Shown here: positions 18,101 through 25,886 of the stretch, in pieces
Position numbering within the stretch: position 1 is the stretch's first letter
How the letters are laid out: each line of letters opens with the position of its first letter
Notes under the pieces: model-generated
What the model saw: only the letters and a program-made list of their open reading frames with translations
The model's database searches: none
What the model was told of the DNA's origin: nothing
Source: an uncultured Gammaproteobacteria bacterium
Lineage (GTDB): Bacteria > Patescibacteriota > Microgenomatia > UBA8517
Assembly: GCA_964488535.1 (NCBI GenBank)
Contig: CAZAUT010000006.1
Location: 1-52,572 of the forward strand
DNA: 52,572 nucleotides
Direction: 5' to 3'
Made by a program: the position numbers and the translations under genes

Positions 18101-21012
18101 GACCTCTTTCGGTAAAATACGGCGGTGACGTGACCATCGGGATACCAGATGAAACTGTAAGTTATATTTATGACCGTGCCAATTTATCGGGCATAACCGG
18201 ATACGCAAACAACGCTCTATACAATAAAGATTCACAAGTTATAAGTTACAGATCGGCAAATAACGTTCAAAACTCGTTTTCTTACAGAACCGACAACCAT
18301 CTTCTAAACTCAATTTCAATTACTCAGGGTTCAATCACAGACGCCCAAAGATTGATGCTTGCTTATGAATATGACAGTGCCGGAAATATTACAAGAATAA
18401 TTGATAATAATCCAAGCAGACCATCGGATTTTAAACTTAATCAAACCTTCACGTATGACCCTTTGTACCGTTTGCTTTCCACAAGCGGTTCATACAACTC
18501 AAATTATTCATACGATGATATCGGCAATATTACCTCTAAAAATGAAGGGGGTACACAAATTTCACTTACATATGGTGATTACCAAAGCGGGTATTATCAC
18601 CGCCCGGAAAGTTATATATCTGATACTGTTGTTCATAGTTTTGTGTACGACAATCTCGGAAATACTGTATCTAACGGATCCAATTTATACAATTACGATG
18701 CTGATAATCGGCTTATAAATACCGGATCAGCTGCTGCACCAAAGGTCACCCCGACAATTGCTCCCCCAACTACTCCGGGTGATTGTTCCGGTCTTCAGCT
18801 TTGTTTATGCCAATGTCCGGAAGGATATCTTCCCTGGAACAATAATTGCGAAACACTGGGCGGAACCTGTAACGGAACATGCGAATGTCTTTTGAACGGT
18901 GCTCCGACACCAACACCGGGTGTCATCCCGACCGATTTTAATCAACCTCTCCCGTCATCAACCCCGACTCCAACAACGGAACCGCTACCGACAAGTGTTC
19001 CAACTTCAACTCCAATTCCAACTCCTTCAATCTGCACACCAAACATTCTTGAACCGAAAAGCATGTCGGTTATTCAGACAAGGGATGTTTATATATCATG
19101 GAGCGACGAATGTCCTTACAGTAATATTGTTGCTTACGAGATATCTGTTAATGCACAGGTGTTTAATTATCAGGAAATCGTTCCTGTACCAGTAAACTAT
19201 TCCGTTGTTAACGGAAGCGAAATAGGATTAACGTATCGGGGTAACTATACAATAAGCATAAGGTCGTGTCTTGATAAGGCTTGTACGCAAACGGGCGGTT
19301 GGTCACCTGCTGTAAGTTTTACCTGGCAGCCTGCACTTGGGTATGTCTGTGATAACCAAGGCTGGGTATGCAGCCAGAGTGAATGCTATTACAACAGCGA
19401 TGATTCCTGCGTTCTGTCGTGCGAAGAATGCGACGGTATGCATAAGGAATGCTCTTCCTCGGGAGACGGATGTTTCTACTATTCCGGTGAAGGTTATGAT
19501 ATATGTCTTTACGATAATGAATGCGCAATTACCATTCCCACTCCAACTCCCGATCCTGGAAGCTGTGTCTGCAGAAACAATAAAGTTACAAGAAACAACT
19601 GTATTGATACAACTCCTATATGTAAGGAAAATGCCTGCTTCTGCGAGGTAAACACATTGGGAGTCAGTTCGTCAAAAGAAGAAGTACTGTCAACAACGGA
19701 TCCTATAAATTTCGTCAATTTTGCGTATGACGCTATTGGTCAAAGAATTGCAAAGTTAATTTACGGAAGCGATCATACTTATTATATTTCCCCCGGTTTG
19801 GAAGTCGTTTTTAATCCCGACGGATCCCTTAAGCTCTGGCGCAGGAATTTTTCGTTTCTCGGCAACCTGTCCGCTGTCAGAATCGGTCAGGCAGGAAGTG
19901 AAAGTAAGTCGTTTATCCATTCCGACCATCTGGGAAGTGTTGCTATATCCACCGACCAAAACGGAGCTGTAATATCACAACAGGTTTATTACCCGTATGG
20001 AAACGTCAGAACGTCCCTCGGTACCTCCCCGACCGAAAGAGGATATACCGGGCAAATTTCGGATTATGCCGATACCAATCTGTATTATTACAATGCAAGA
20101 TATTATAACCCAATAATTGCGAAATTCACCCAGGCGGATTCCGCTTCGGATGGACTTAACAAATATGCCTATGTAGGAAATAATCCAATCAATGCAACGG
20201 ATCCAACAGGACACATGGCAGGACAATCTTACATGCACGACTGGGATGAATCACCCGCGTCAAATTGCGACACAAGTGATTATTACTGCAGACACCAAGA
20301 AACGGATTTTGATCCGTACACAGATATAGTTCCGCTAAACGAGAGTAACATTGATATTTACAACTACAACATTCCAAGCAGCGATGCCACTAACTATTTG
20401 GCTCTATTGGCATCAAGCACCTCACAAACAACCCCGCCCTGGTGGTGGCAATACTACCATTTTATGAAGCATGCGTCATATGCCGGTTTTAACGGATACA
20501 CAATCCAATCAGTTAAGGGATTTTTGGGATTTATTACTAATAATATTGTGAGAGGTGCCAGTGAAATATATCACCGACCGGGTGGAGTTGATATTAATGG
20601 AAACGCAATTAAAGAAGCATACATATTTGTTAAAGAAGTAGCGGGACAAAAATGGGCAGCATTTATTACACCAAACGGGAAAATTATAACAGCTTTCAAT
20701 CTTGGTATATCCAAAGGAAGTTATACAGCAAAGGAAGAAGCCAGGCAGTTTGGGAAAATCGTCAGTTCTTCAAAAATAACCGATTATTCAAATTTACCCC
20801 GTTTAATTACCAGAGATTGGATAAAAAATACTCCATCAATTATCAAGGTGTTTTTAGGTTCCTTTGGGTATCACGCCCTTTTAGAAATAGAAAGATTTTC
20901 AGTCAACTACTCGTCTTTCATACGCGCACCAATACTGGTTGTACCGAAAGGTATTTTTGAATGCGGTCCGTTAAATCCCATTATGTGCGGATATGACGAT
21001 AATAAAACATAA
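15112..21012 (+). CDS. Giant RHS/YD-repeat polymorphic toxin (RHS1): shell, inserted Cys-rich/FN3-like domains, RHS core, C-terminal toxin domain
   Basis: 1966 aa. There are many YD repeats (VYDDFGRIKE, VYDGFGRIIQTENPDG, FYDKAGNITKQTDPNN, EYDSAGNITRI and others). The RHS core reads YYPYG..RGYTGQ..YYYNARYYNPIIAKFTQADS..NKYAYVGNNPINATDPTGH and is followed by a roughly 265-aa unique tail. The listed start is a GTG; the true start could be the Met at 15169 or 15178 (MKTGILFLLQLLIAG signal). Confidence 0.9.
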   Translation: MFFCPLSMSNYSKQKVVFPMISMKTGILFLLQLLIAGFIRQTNITSNINAQESAKRLPSSVFSYGGDCGNYKGGCPLTAFTADVVTTQSKTANDFFLKTIDNGYNGKIVFEYEGGDDGYNAFNIRYCNPDKTGLEDPGCKTDHAYNTQRHRVKRVITYDGMGNYYAADHNFLGDGANQGLAYVEEYGEESAECDLEIDTENPIGVCGGDPPGCASPCSWNTSNLACCDSGYKEYECNGDPGGCSDTYGIRLCVPDCKRTYFSGYEFLGYPEVETLTYEKNSTVNIASKSYAYYHQALETDTCFKPSPLSGVSALGKVIDADNSTKWNESKQTFKVRFGDMNTPNEWVEKTDSELDSYCESYIPGETVSLVIPVDTISSNIINSQKTLCTKSTLQYNPTDPYAMPNKSIAWGKVDCNTYEDINDLTPIVSYTNYTPANTLNTWILPLPCENWMSDLNNLTKFNHTKTYFLGMNTACDTNAFPILTKIIKNETLKDNLPYSVSTISYDTTYPWLPVSITDVLGNITSTVFDSVYHIYPVSVTNAKGQTVTTEYDFNTPDTTHPNYAGVRGLPVKTIGLNGDTTTNVYDDFGRIKETYYTGRSPSTHTPNKFFDYYYFNEDDFPDFCETQHNCLIGLGKQIDPINNLGPKMMISEAVRFNDNGTIGTIGGTHKYINGIGQSVQTRNVWYDGEWSDAGYSIDGGLYDIIRSQTFNSLGQTEYQSEIYTANPYPFAGESLENSYDARDFIADSGINKVHNVYDGFGRIIQTENPDGSSDKTLYELNGNPLKVKYLDPNCTDDNSATPCSEIVTTSNSFGQTIKSEAISSAKTYSTRYEYHEILGVNTKTFDTLGNAVTINEYDTIGRKTKSWNIDMCPAMSGDENSWRYFYDKAGNITKQTDPNNISTILEYDVLNRLLTKHVNGERTLSNSYDICTNGIGKLCSTASYTPNGTISKRESYIYNKRGLLDYKLDGLEGVDFPDTILNGRYFQTQFTYDEADRPLSVKYGGDVTIGIPDETVSYIYDRANLSGITGYANNALYNKDSQVISYRSANNVQNSFSYRTDNHLLNSISITQGSITDAQRLMLAYEYDSAGNITRIIDNNPSRPSDFKLNQTFTYDPLYRLLSTSGSYNSNYSYDDIGNITSKNEGGTQISLTYGDYQSGYYHRPESYISDTVVHSFVYDNLGNTVSNGSNLYNYDADNRLINTGSAAAPKVTPTIAPPTTPGDCSGLQLCLCQCPEGYLPWNNNCETLGGTCNGTCECLLNGAPTPTPGVIPTDFNQPLPSSTPTPTTEPLPTSVPTSTPIPTPSICTPNILEPKSMSVIQTRDVYISWSDECPYSNIVAYEISVNAQVFNYQEIVPVPVNYSVVNGSEIGLTYRGNYTISIRSCLDKACTQTGGWSPAVSFTWQPALGYVCDNQGWVCSQSECYYNSDDSCVLSCEECDGMHKECSSSGDGCFYYSGEGYDICLYDNECAITIPTPTPDPGSCVCRNNKVTRNNCIDTTPICKENACFCEVNTLGVSSSKEEVLSTTDPINFVNFAYDAIGQRIAKLIYGSDHTYYISPGLEVVFNPDGSLKLWRRNFSFLGNLSAVRIGQAGSESKSFIHSDHLGSVAISTDQNGAVISQQVYYPYGNVRTSLGTSPTERGYTGQISDYADTNLYYYNARYYNPIIAKFTQADSASDGLNKYAYVGNNPINATDPTGHMAGQSYMHDWDESPASNCDTSDYYCRHQETDFDPYTDIVPLNESNIDIYNYNIPSSDATNYLALLASSTSQTTPPWWWQYYHFMKHASYAGFNGYTIQSVKGFLGFITNNIVRGASEIYHRPGGVDINGNAIKEAYIFVKEVAGQKWAAFITPNGKIITAFNLGISKGSYTAKEEARQFGKIVSSSKITDYSNLPRLITRDWIKNTPSIIKVFLGSFGYHALLEIERFSVNYSSFIRAPILVVPKGIFECGPLNPIMCGYDDNKT

Positions 21013-21034
21013 TTTAGTGTATAATTTTACAGCT

Positions 21035-21382
21035 ATGAGTAAAAATGAAACCCGTTCCGAAACACGACAGAGCTTTGAAGGACTTGATGATCCGGAAGCC
21101 AAATACAAATTGGTGGAAACCTGGTTAAGAGAAAGTAATGTTATAACGGTTCAGGAAACAGGTGATGTTGTATCGCAAGAAGACTGCCTGCCGGCGGTAA
21201 CATTAATTCTGCATAATATATTAACCGACAAGGACGGACAACAGATTTTAGCCAGTACACTTAAAAATCATCCCGATTTGGAAAAACTTTTCTCTGAAGC
21301 TGTTATCCATATTGGCTATAAGCATCCACAGGGCGAAAACGAAATTCTGAAATTGATAAAAAAGCTGGCTCGTAAGGCATAA
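21035..21382 (+). CDS. Candidate immunity protein for the RHS1 C-terminal toxin
   Basis: A small acidic cytoplasmic protein of 115 aa from MSKNETRSE, lying immediately 3' of the toxin gene. The assignment is positional inference only. Confidence 0.5.
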   Translation: MSKNETRSETRQSFEGLDDPEAKYKLVETWLRESNVITVQETGDVVSQEDCLPAVTLILHNILTDKDGQQILASTLKNHPDLEKLFSEAVIHIGYKHPQGENEILKLIKKLARKA

Positions 21383-21415
21383 TCAATTGTTTGAAAATAC
21401 GCCATCTTATCAATC

Positions 21416-21904
21416 ATGAACATCAAGATTAAAAGTAAATTTATAAAAATATTCATATTGGCGTCTGTCTTTATTTTATCTATCGGTCTTGTTTTTTCCC
21501 TTTATCTCGTCAAACAAAACCAGGATGTCAGACGCAGTGCGCAAAACCTCTCCCCCACCCAATCCCCCCTTCTGGCGGTTGTAGAAAAACCTTCCATTCT
21601 TCCCGGTGAATTTTTTGTAATCAATATTTATGACAGCCTTGACAACAAAATCCCGTATAGCGGATACCTTTTTGTTAAATCACAAACCTGCATCAACAAT
21701 TCCTGCAGTTCATATACCGGACAATGGAAGGATTTCTCTGGAAAACCTGTTTATGCCGACAATGGGACTGTATCGTTATCTGTTCCTTCGGATACCTCCC
21801 CACAGACACTCCGCATAAGATTCACAACATCCTACCCGGTAAAAAAACTTGATTGGAGTAACGAAATTACACTTACGGTTAACTCTGTCATATCTGATAA
21901 TTAG
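21416..21904 (+). CDS. Small secreted or anchored protein, paralogue of 32439..32921
   Basis: 162 aa with an N-terminal TM, then QNQDVRRSAQNLSPTQ. It is strongly similar to the second copy along its whole length, ending KKLDWSNEITLTVNS in both. Confidence 0.75.
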   Translation: MNIKIKSKFIKIFILASVFILSIGLVFSLYLVKQNQDVRRSAQNLSPTQSPLLAVVEKPSILPGEFFVINIYDSLDNKIPYSGYLFVKSQTCINNSCSSYTGQWKDFSGKPVYADNGTVSLSVPSDTSPQTLRIRFTTSYPVKKLDWSNEITLTVNSVISDN

Positions 21905-21906
21905 CC

Positions 21907-23439
21907 ATGGAACCATTTCAATTCATATCCAACAAGATACGCAGTGCAGTTTTTAAGTATACTTTGTTTACCAATACAAAAAAGGTGCCCCTTACAATAA
22001 TCTCCTTAATAATCATTGTTTTTTCGCTTGCCGTTTCCAACGATAATGTTATTGTCGGCTTTTTGAATAAAGCCGGATTGATTTCTCTTCTTCGTTCAAA
22101 CGGAATTATAAAAACCTCCTATGGCGGATATTTCAAGGCTCTTGAAAAACAGAATCTCGTTTACGACTATAATCGCGACGGAGTTGTTTCGGGAGAAGAT
22201 TACAGCCTTTTTGTGTCAGCACTGTCCAAAAAAAACCTTCCGCCTTCACCCTCTATAACACCAACTCCTGCTGTATCTCCAATTATTGACAGCGGTACCG
22301 AATCCGATGAAACGGCTGAAGGAGAGAGTATTACCCTGCCTTCCGTCCGTACAGCATCGTCCAATACTTTTACCGGTTCAGCAACCTCGTCATATCCCAT
22401 TTCACTCCCTGAAGGTATGGCAGGCTTGCGTCCGTCACTATCGTTAAACTATTCATCAGGATCTGTTGACGACCTTTATACCGGCGTTGAAACAAAATGG
22501 AGAAACGATCCCGATCACTCATATCAGCGCCAGGCGGGTATTTTTGGACTTGGATGGGAGTTGTCGGGTTTTGGTTCAATCTCAAGAGACATAAACGGAA
22601 CGCTTAATGAACCTGCAGACGATAAATTTATCCTGTCGTTTGAAGGGGGGTTTGCAAGCTTGACTTATGAAAGCGGTGACAGTTACTACAGCGTCTGGAG
22701 AACTGCACCAAATCTTAAAACAAAAGTTGAAAGATATGGTATTCCGAAAACTTATGACTATGGCGGGGGTTCGGTCGTCCTGTCCCGATATTTCTGGGTA
22801 ATAACCGCCGGTGACGGGACAAAATATACTTTCGGAAGCGATGTGGCCGTTCCATTCTGGCACAGAACTAATGATCCCGACAATGCTTTACCCGAGGGAA
22901 ACGAAGAGGAGGCCTGGTTTCCTCTTTATGAAGAAGGAACAAATATCGGAACGCGTTCATGGATGCTTTTCGGGAACAGCGATATGGGGTATCACGCTCT
23001 TGAAACCAGATGGCATTTGTACAAAGTAATGAATTTATACGCAGTTCAGATGAATTACCAGAACTATTTTGAATTTGGAGAATATAAAGAAAAAAGTTAC
23101 GTTCAGGCATCCTACCCATGGGCAATTACCTACGGAACAAACGAAGTCCTTTTTTCCTATGAACCAAGACTGGACACCCAAACGCATCAGGATGACAGTG
23201 AACCGGTAAAACAACCCCAAAAAGCCCTTTACCGCGCTAAAAAGATCAATGTTAAAACATCGGGAAAATCAATTGCGGCATACACTCTCGAATACAAGTA
23301 CGGGTACGACTATACAAAACACCCTAATTTAATATATGACCCTCAAAATAATACTTATTCGGGAACTGCATCTCCCGGTGACGCTATTCATTCTCTTTTG
23401 TATAAAATCACCCCCTGGAGTTCGGATCCTGACTCTTAA
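21907..23439 (+). CDS. SpvB/TcB-N-terminal-like protein (SpvB-like 1), membrane anchored
   Basis: It has a TM anchor and a dockerin/EF-hand-like DYNRDGVVSGEDYSLF. The SpvB signature is LRPSLSLNYSSGSVDD...AGIFGLGWELSGFGSISRD...DDKFILSFEGG. Confidence 0.7.
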   Translation: MEPFQFISNKIRSAVFKYTLFTNTKKVPLTIISLIIIVFSLAVSNDNVIVGFLNKAGLISLLRSNGIIKTSYGGYFKALEKQNLVYDYNRDGVVSGEDYSLFVSALSKKNLPPSPSITPTPAVSPIIDSGTESDETAEGESITLPSVRTASSNTFTGSATSSYPISLPEGMAGLRPSLSLNYSSGSVDDLYTGVETKWRNDPDHSYQRQAGIFGLGWELSGFGSISRDINGTLNEPADDKFILSFEGGFASLTYESGDSYYSVWRTAPNLKTKVERYGIPKTYDYGGGSVVLSRYFWVITAGDGTKYTFGSDVAVPFWHRTNDPDNALPEGNEEEAWFPLYEEGTNIGTRSWMLFGNSDMGYHALETRWHLYKVMNLYAVQMNYQNYFEFGEYKEKSYVQASYPWAITYGTNEVLFSYEPRLDTQTHQDDSEPVKQPQKALYRAKKINVKTSGKSIAAYTLEYKYGYDYTKHPNLIYDPQNNTYSGTASPGDAIHSLLYKITPWSSDPDS

Positions 23440-23575
23440 TTTACAAACCATTCAAAGTTCTTTATCAAAAAAATAAATTGCCATATACTGCACTCGCAGA
23501 CCCCAATCCCTTTCCTGTTGACACCCGCATCGTAAATAGCCTATTCTTATTCTTAATATAACGAAGGGGATTTTT

Positions 23576-24298
23576 GTGGAAAATAATAATAAATATCCGC
23601 CATATGATGCGGGACAGTATAACAGCAACAAATCGGAACCGGTCAAAGATCAGGATCTCTCCCCTTCTTTTGAAACTCAGGAAAAATTAAACAGTAATTC
23701 GGCACTATCTTCCAAACCGCAATCCACAATGGATAATAAAGAGAGTTTTAGACTTGCGTATTCAGGTCCCGTTATGGGAACTGTTACAAATGATAGTGTT
23801 CCAAATTCAAATATTGATTACGCCCCGCTGGGATCAAGAGCGTTGGCGAATTTTGTTGACGGAATTATTATCGGGATTATTTACCTTCCTTTCATGCTTC
23901 CCAATTTGATAAGTCAGCTCAAAAACTCCTCAATTATCGGTGTTTCGGAAACATATGGAACAATGGGTGTTTCGCAAACAACGGTTCCGTCGGTCAATCC
24001 CATATATTCTCTTTTGTCGGTGCTGGGGTACATTATTACAATCGCCTATCCGATATATTTCATCGGCAAAAACGGAGCGACACCAGGCAAAAAGGTATTA
24101 AAAATTAAGGTTATTGATAAGAACACAGGTAAGACACCGGGGTATCTGAAAGCGTTTCTGAGGGAATTTGTCGGTAAATTTATTTCATCGGTAGTTTTGT
24201 CTCTCGGATACCTCTGGGCAGTCTGGGACAAGGAAAAACAAGGCTGGCACGATAAGATTGCCGGAACGGTAGTAATAAGTACCAATGAACACCAATAA
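23576..24298 (+). CDS. RDD-family membrane protein
   Basis: GTG start. It has a disordered N-terminus, then RALANFVDGIIIGIIY...GATPGKKVLKIKVIDKNTGKTPGYLKAFLREFVGKF...WAVWDKEKQGWHDKIAGTVV. Confidence 0.8.
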   Translation: MENNNKYPPYDAGQYNSNKSEPVKDQDLSPSFETQEKLNSNSALSSKPQSTMDNKESFRLAYSGPVMGTVTNDSVPNSNIDYAPLGSRALANFVDGIIIGIIYLPFMLPNLISQLKNSSIIGVSETYGTMGVSQTTVPSVNPIYSLLSVLGYIITIAYPIYFIGKNGATPGKKVLKIKVIDKNTGKTPGYLKAFLREFVGKFISSVVLSLGYLWAVWDKEKQGWHDKIAGTVVISTNEHQ

Positions 24299-24359
24299 GT
24301 ACCAATGAACACCAATTACCAATATTAATTTGACATTTGTATTTATTGGAAATTGAGTT

Positions 24360-25355
24360 ATGACAACACCTGACTATACAAAAATTATCAAAGCTTCGTT
24401 TGAACTTGTAAAGAAAAACAAGTGGCTGTGGCTTTTCGGGGCTCTCGCCGGTTCAACCTCGGGGACAAATTATAATTCCTTCAGAAGTGTTTTTGAAAAC
24501 AACCCCGGTAAGAACGAAACCTTTTATACCGGCTTAAATAACATTCCGGAAACAGGTGCAGAGGCTATGAATGAGGCGTCAGACATTTTCTTACAATGGG
24601 TGCGGTCTGTACCGGCGGAAAAATGGGTATTGGCTGTTGTATCGGGTGTACTTTTATTTATAATTATCTTCGCAGTCCTTCTCGTCATCCAAAATTGGTC
24701 AAAGGGGGCATTAATAAAAGGTATTGACGATTCCCTCCGCGGAAAAAAGTGTGAATTAAAGACTTTGTCCGAAAATGGAAATTTATATCTTGCAGAACTT
24801 ATCAGATTGTCTCTTATCATTGCAGGATTTATACTTGCCTCGGTTATACTCGTACCTCTATCCTGGATTCTTATCTACATCATAGTGCAGCAAAACACTT
24901 TCCTGTCGGTTATCTGGGTGATTGCAGGGGCAATAGAAGCTGTCATTTTATTCATTGGTACAATTTTTATTTCATCTTTTGTCAGCATATATTCCCAGCG
25001 TCTAATTGTTCTTAACAATATGAAAGCAAAAGAAGCTTTCATAGCCGGTGTTTCAGCATCCCGCAAAGCGTTCTTGACATCCCTCCTTATGGGAGCGATA
25101 AATTTCGGTATTAAAATGGCTGCAGGCATAGCTGAAGCTGTCGTTGCTGCAATTTTTATCGGGGTACCGGCATTTCTCACTATTAAAACATATGATTCGA
25201 ATACTGCCTTTTCCGTTATTCTCGGCGGGGCAACAGCTATGTCAATAATAATCCTTGTTTTTTTCCTGTCTCTCGTTAATGCGGGAATGAATGTCTTTAC
25301 CTATGCAAACTGGAACCAGCTTTTTAATAAATACATTGAAAATGAAAAGAAATAA
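24360..25355 (+). CDS. Polytopic membrane protein, function unknown
   Basis: 331 aa with about 6 long hydrophobic helices. It lies between the two RDD genes, and its stop overlaps the next start. Confidence 0.7.
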   Translation: MTTPDYTKIIKASFELVKKNKWLWLFGALAGSTSGTNYNSFRSVFENNPGKNETFYTGLNNIPETGAEAMNEASDIFLQWVRSVPAEKWVLAVVSGVLLFIIIFAVLLVIQNWSKGALIKGIDDSLRGKKCELKTLSENGNLYLAELIRLSLIIAGFILASVILVPLSWILIYIIVQQNTFLSVIWVIAGAIEAVILFIGTIFISSFVSIYSQRLIVLNNMKAKEAFIAGVSASRKAFLTSLLMGAINFGIKMAAGIAEAVVAAIFIGVPAFLTIKTYDSNTAFSVILGGATAMSIIILVFFLSLVNAGMNVFTYANWNQLFNKYIENEKK

Positions 25356-25863
25356 TTACGCGTCATTTTTTGAAAGGTCACTGGCATATCTGATAGATCA
25401 TGGTATTTACTTTGCTGTCTTGATATATCCTTTGCAAAATATTGCTTTAAATAAGGATCTCTTTTTATTTTTCGATACGACATTTAATATAATTATCTTT
25501 GTTGTTTTTATTTCCGTCTTAGTCTTTTTTCTCGAAATTTTTATGACGGCTAAATTCGGCGGAACGGCAGGGAAACTTTTCATGGGGCTACGTATTCAGA
25601 ATGAAAACGGCCGGTTTCCGACCTACAAAGAGTCTTTCTTCCGGCTGACTGCAGGACGTGCACTTTCTGCGTTATTTTTCGGAATGGGTTATCTGTGGAT
25701 TTTCAGAAACAAAAAAAACCAAGCCTGGCACGATATCGCCGGAAACTTTGTTGTGATAAAAAGATACCCCTACGGATGGATGATCGGTCTTTTAATTCTG
25801 ACGGTTTTATTAAACGTTAATATCGGACTTACAATAAATATTATTGAAGCCATGTTGCTTTAA
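25342..25863 (+). CDS. RDD-family membrane protein
   Basis: The start is set at MKRNNYASFFERSLAYLIDHGIYF. Further motifs are GGTAGKLFMGLRIQNENGRFPTYKESFFRL and WIFRNKKNQAWHDIAGNFVV. Confidence 0.8.
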   Translation: MKRNNYASFFERSLAYLIDHGIYFAVLIYPLQNIALNKDLFLFFDTTFNIIIFVVFISVLVFFLEIFMTAKFGGTAGKLFMGLRIQNENGRFPTYKESFFRLTAGRALSALFFGMGYLWIFRNKKNQAWHDIAGNFVVIKRYPYGWMIGLLILTVLLNVNIGLTINIIEAMLL

Positions 25864-25886
25864 GGTCAAAACACGGTCGCGGTAAT

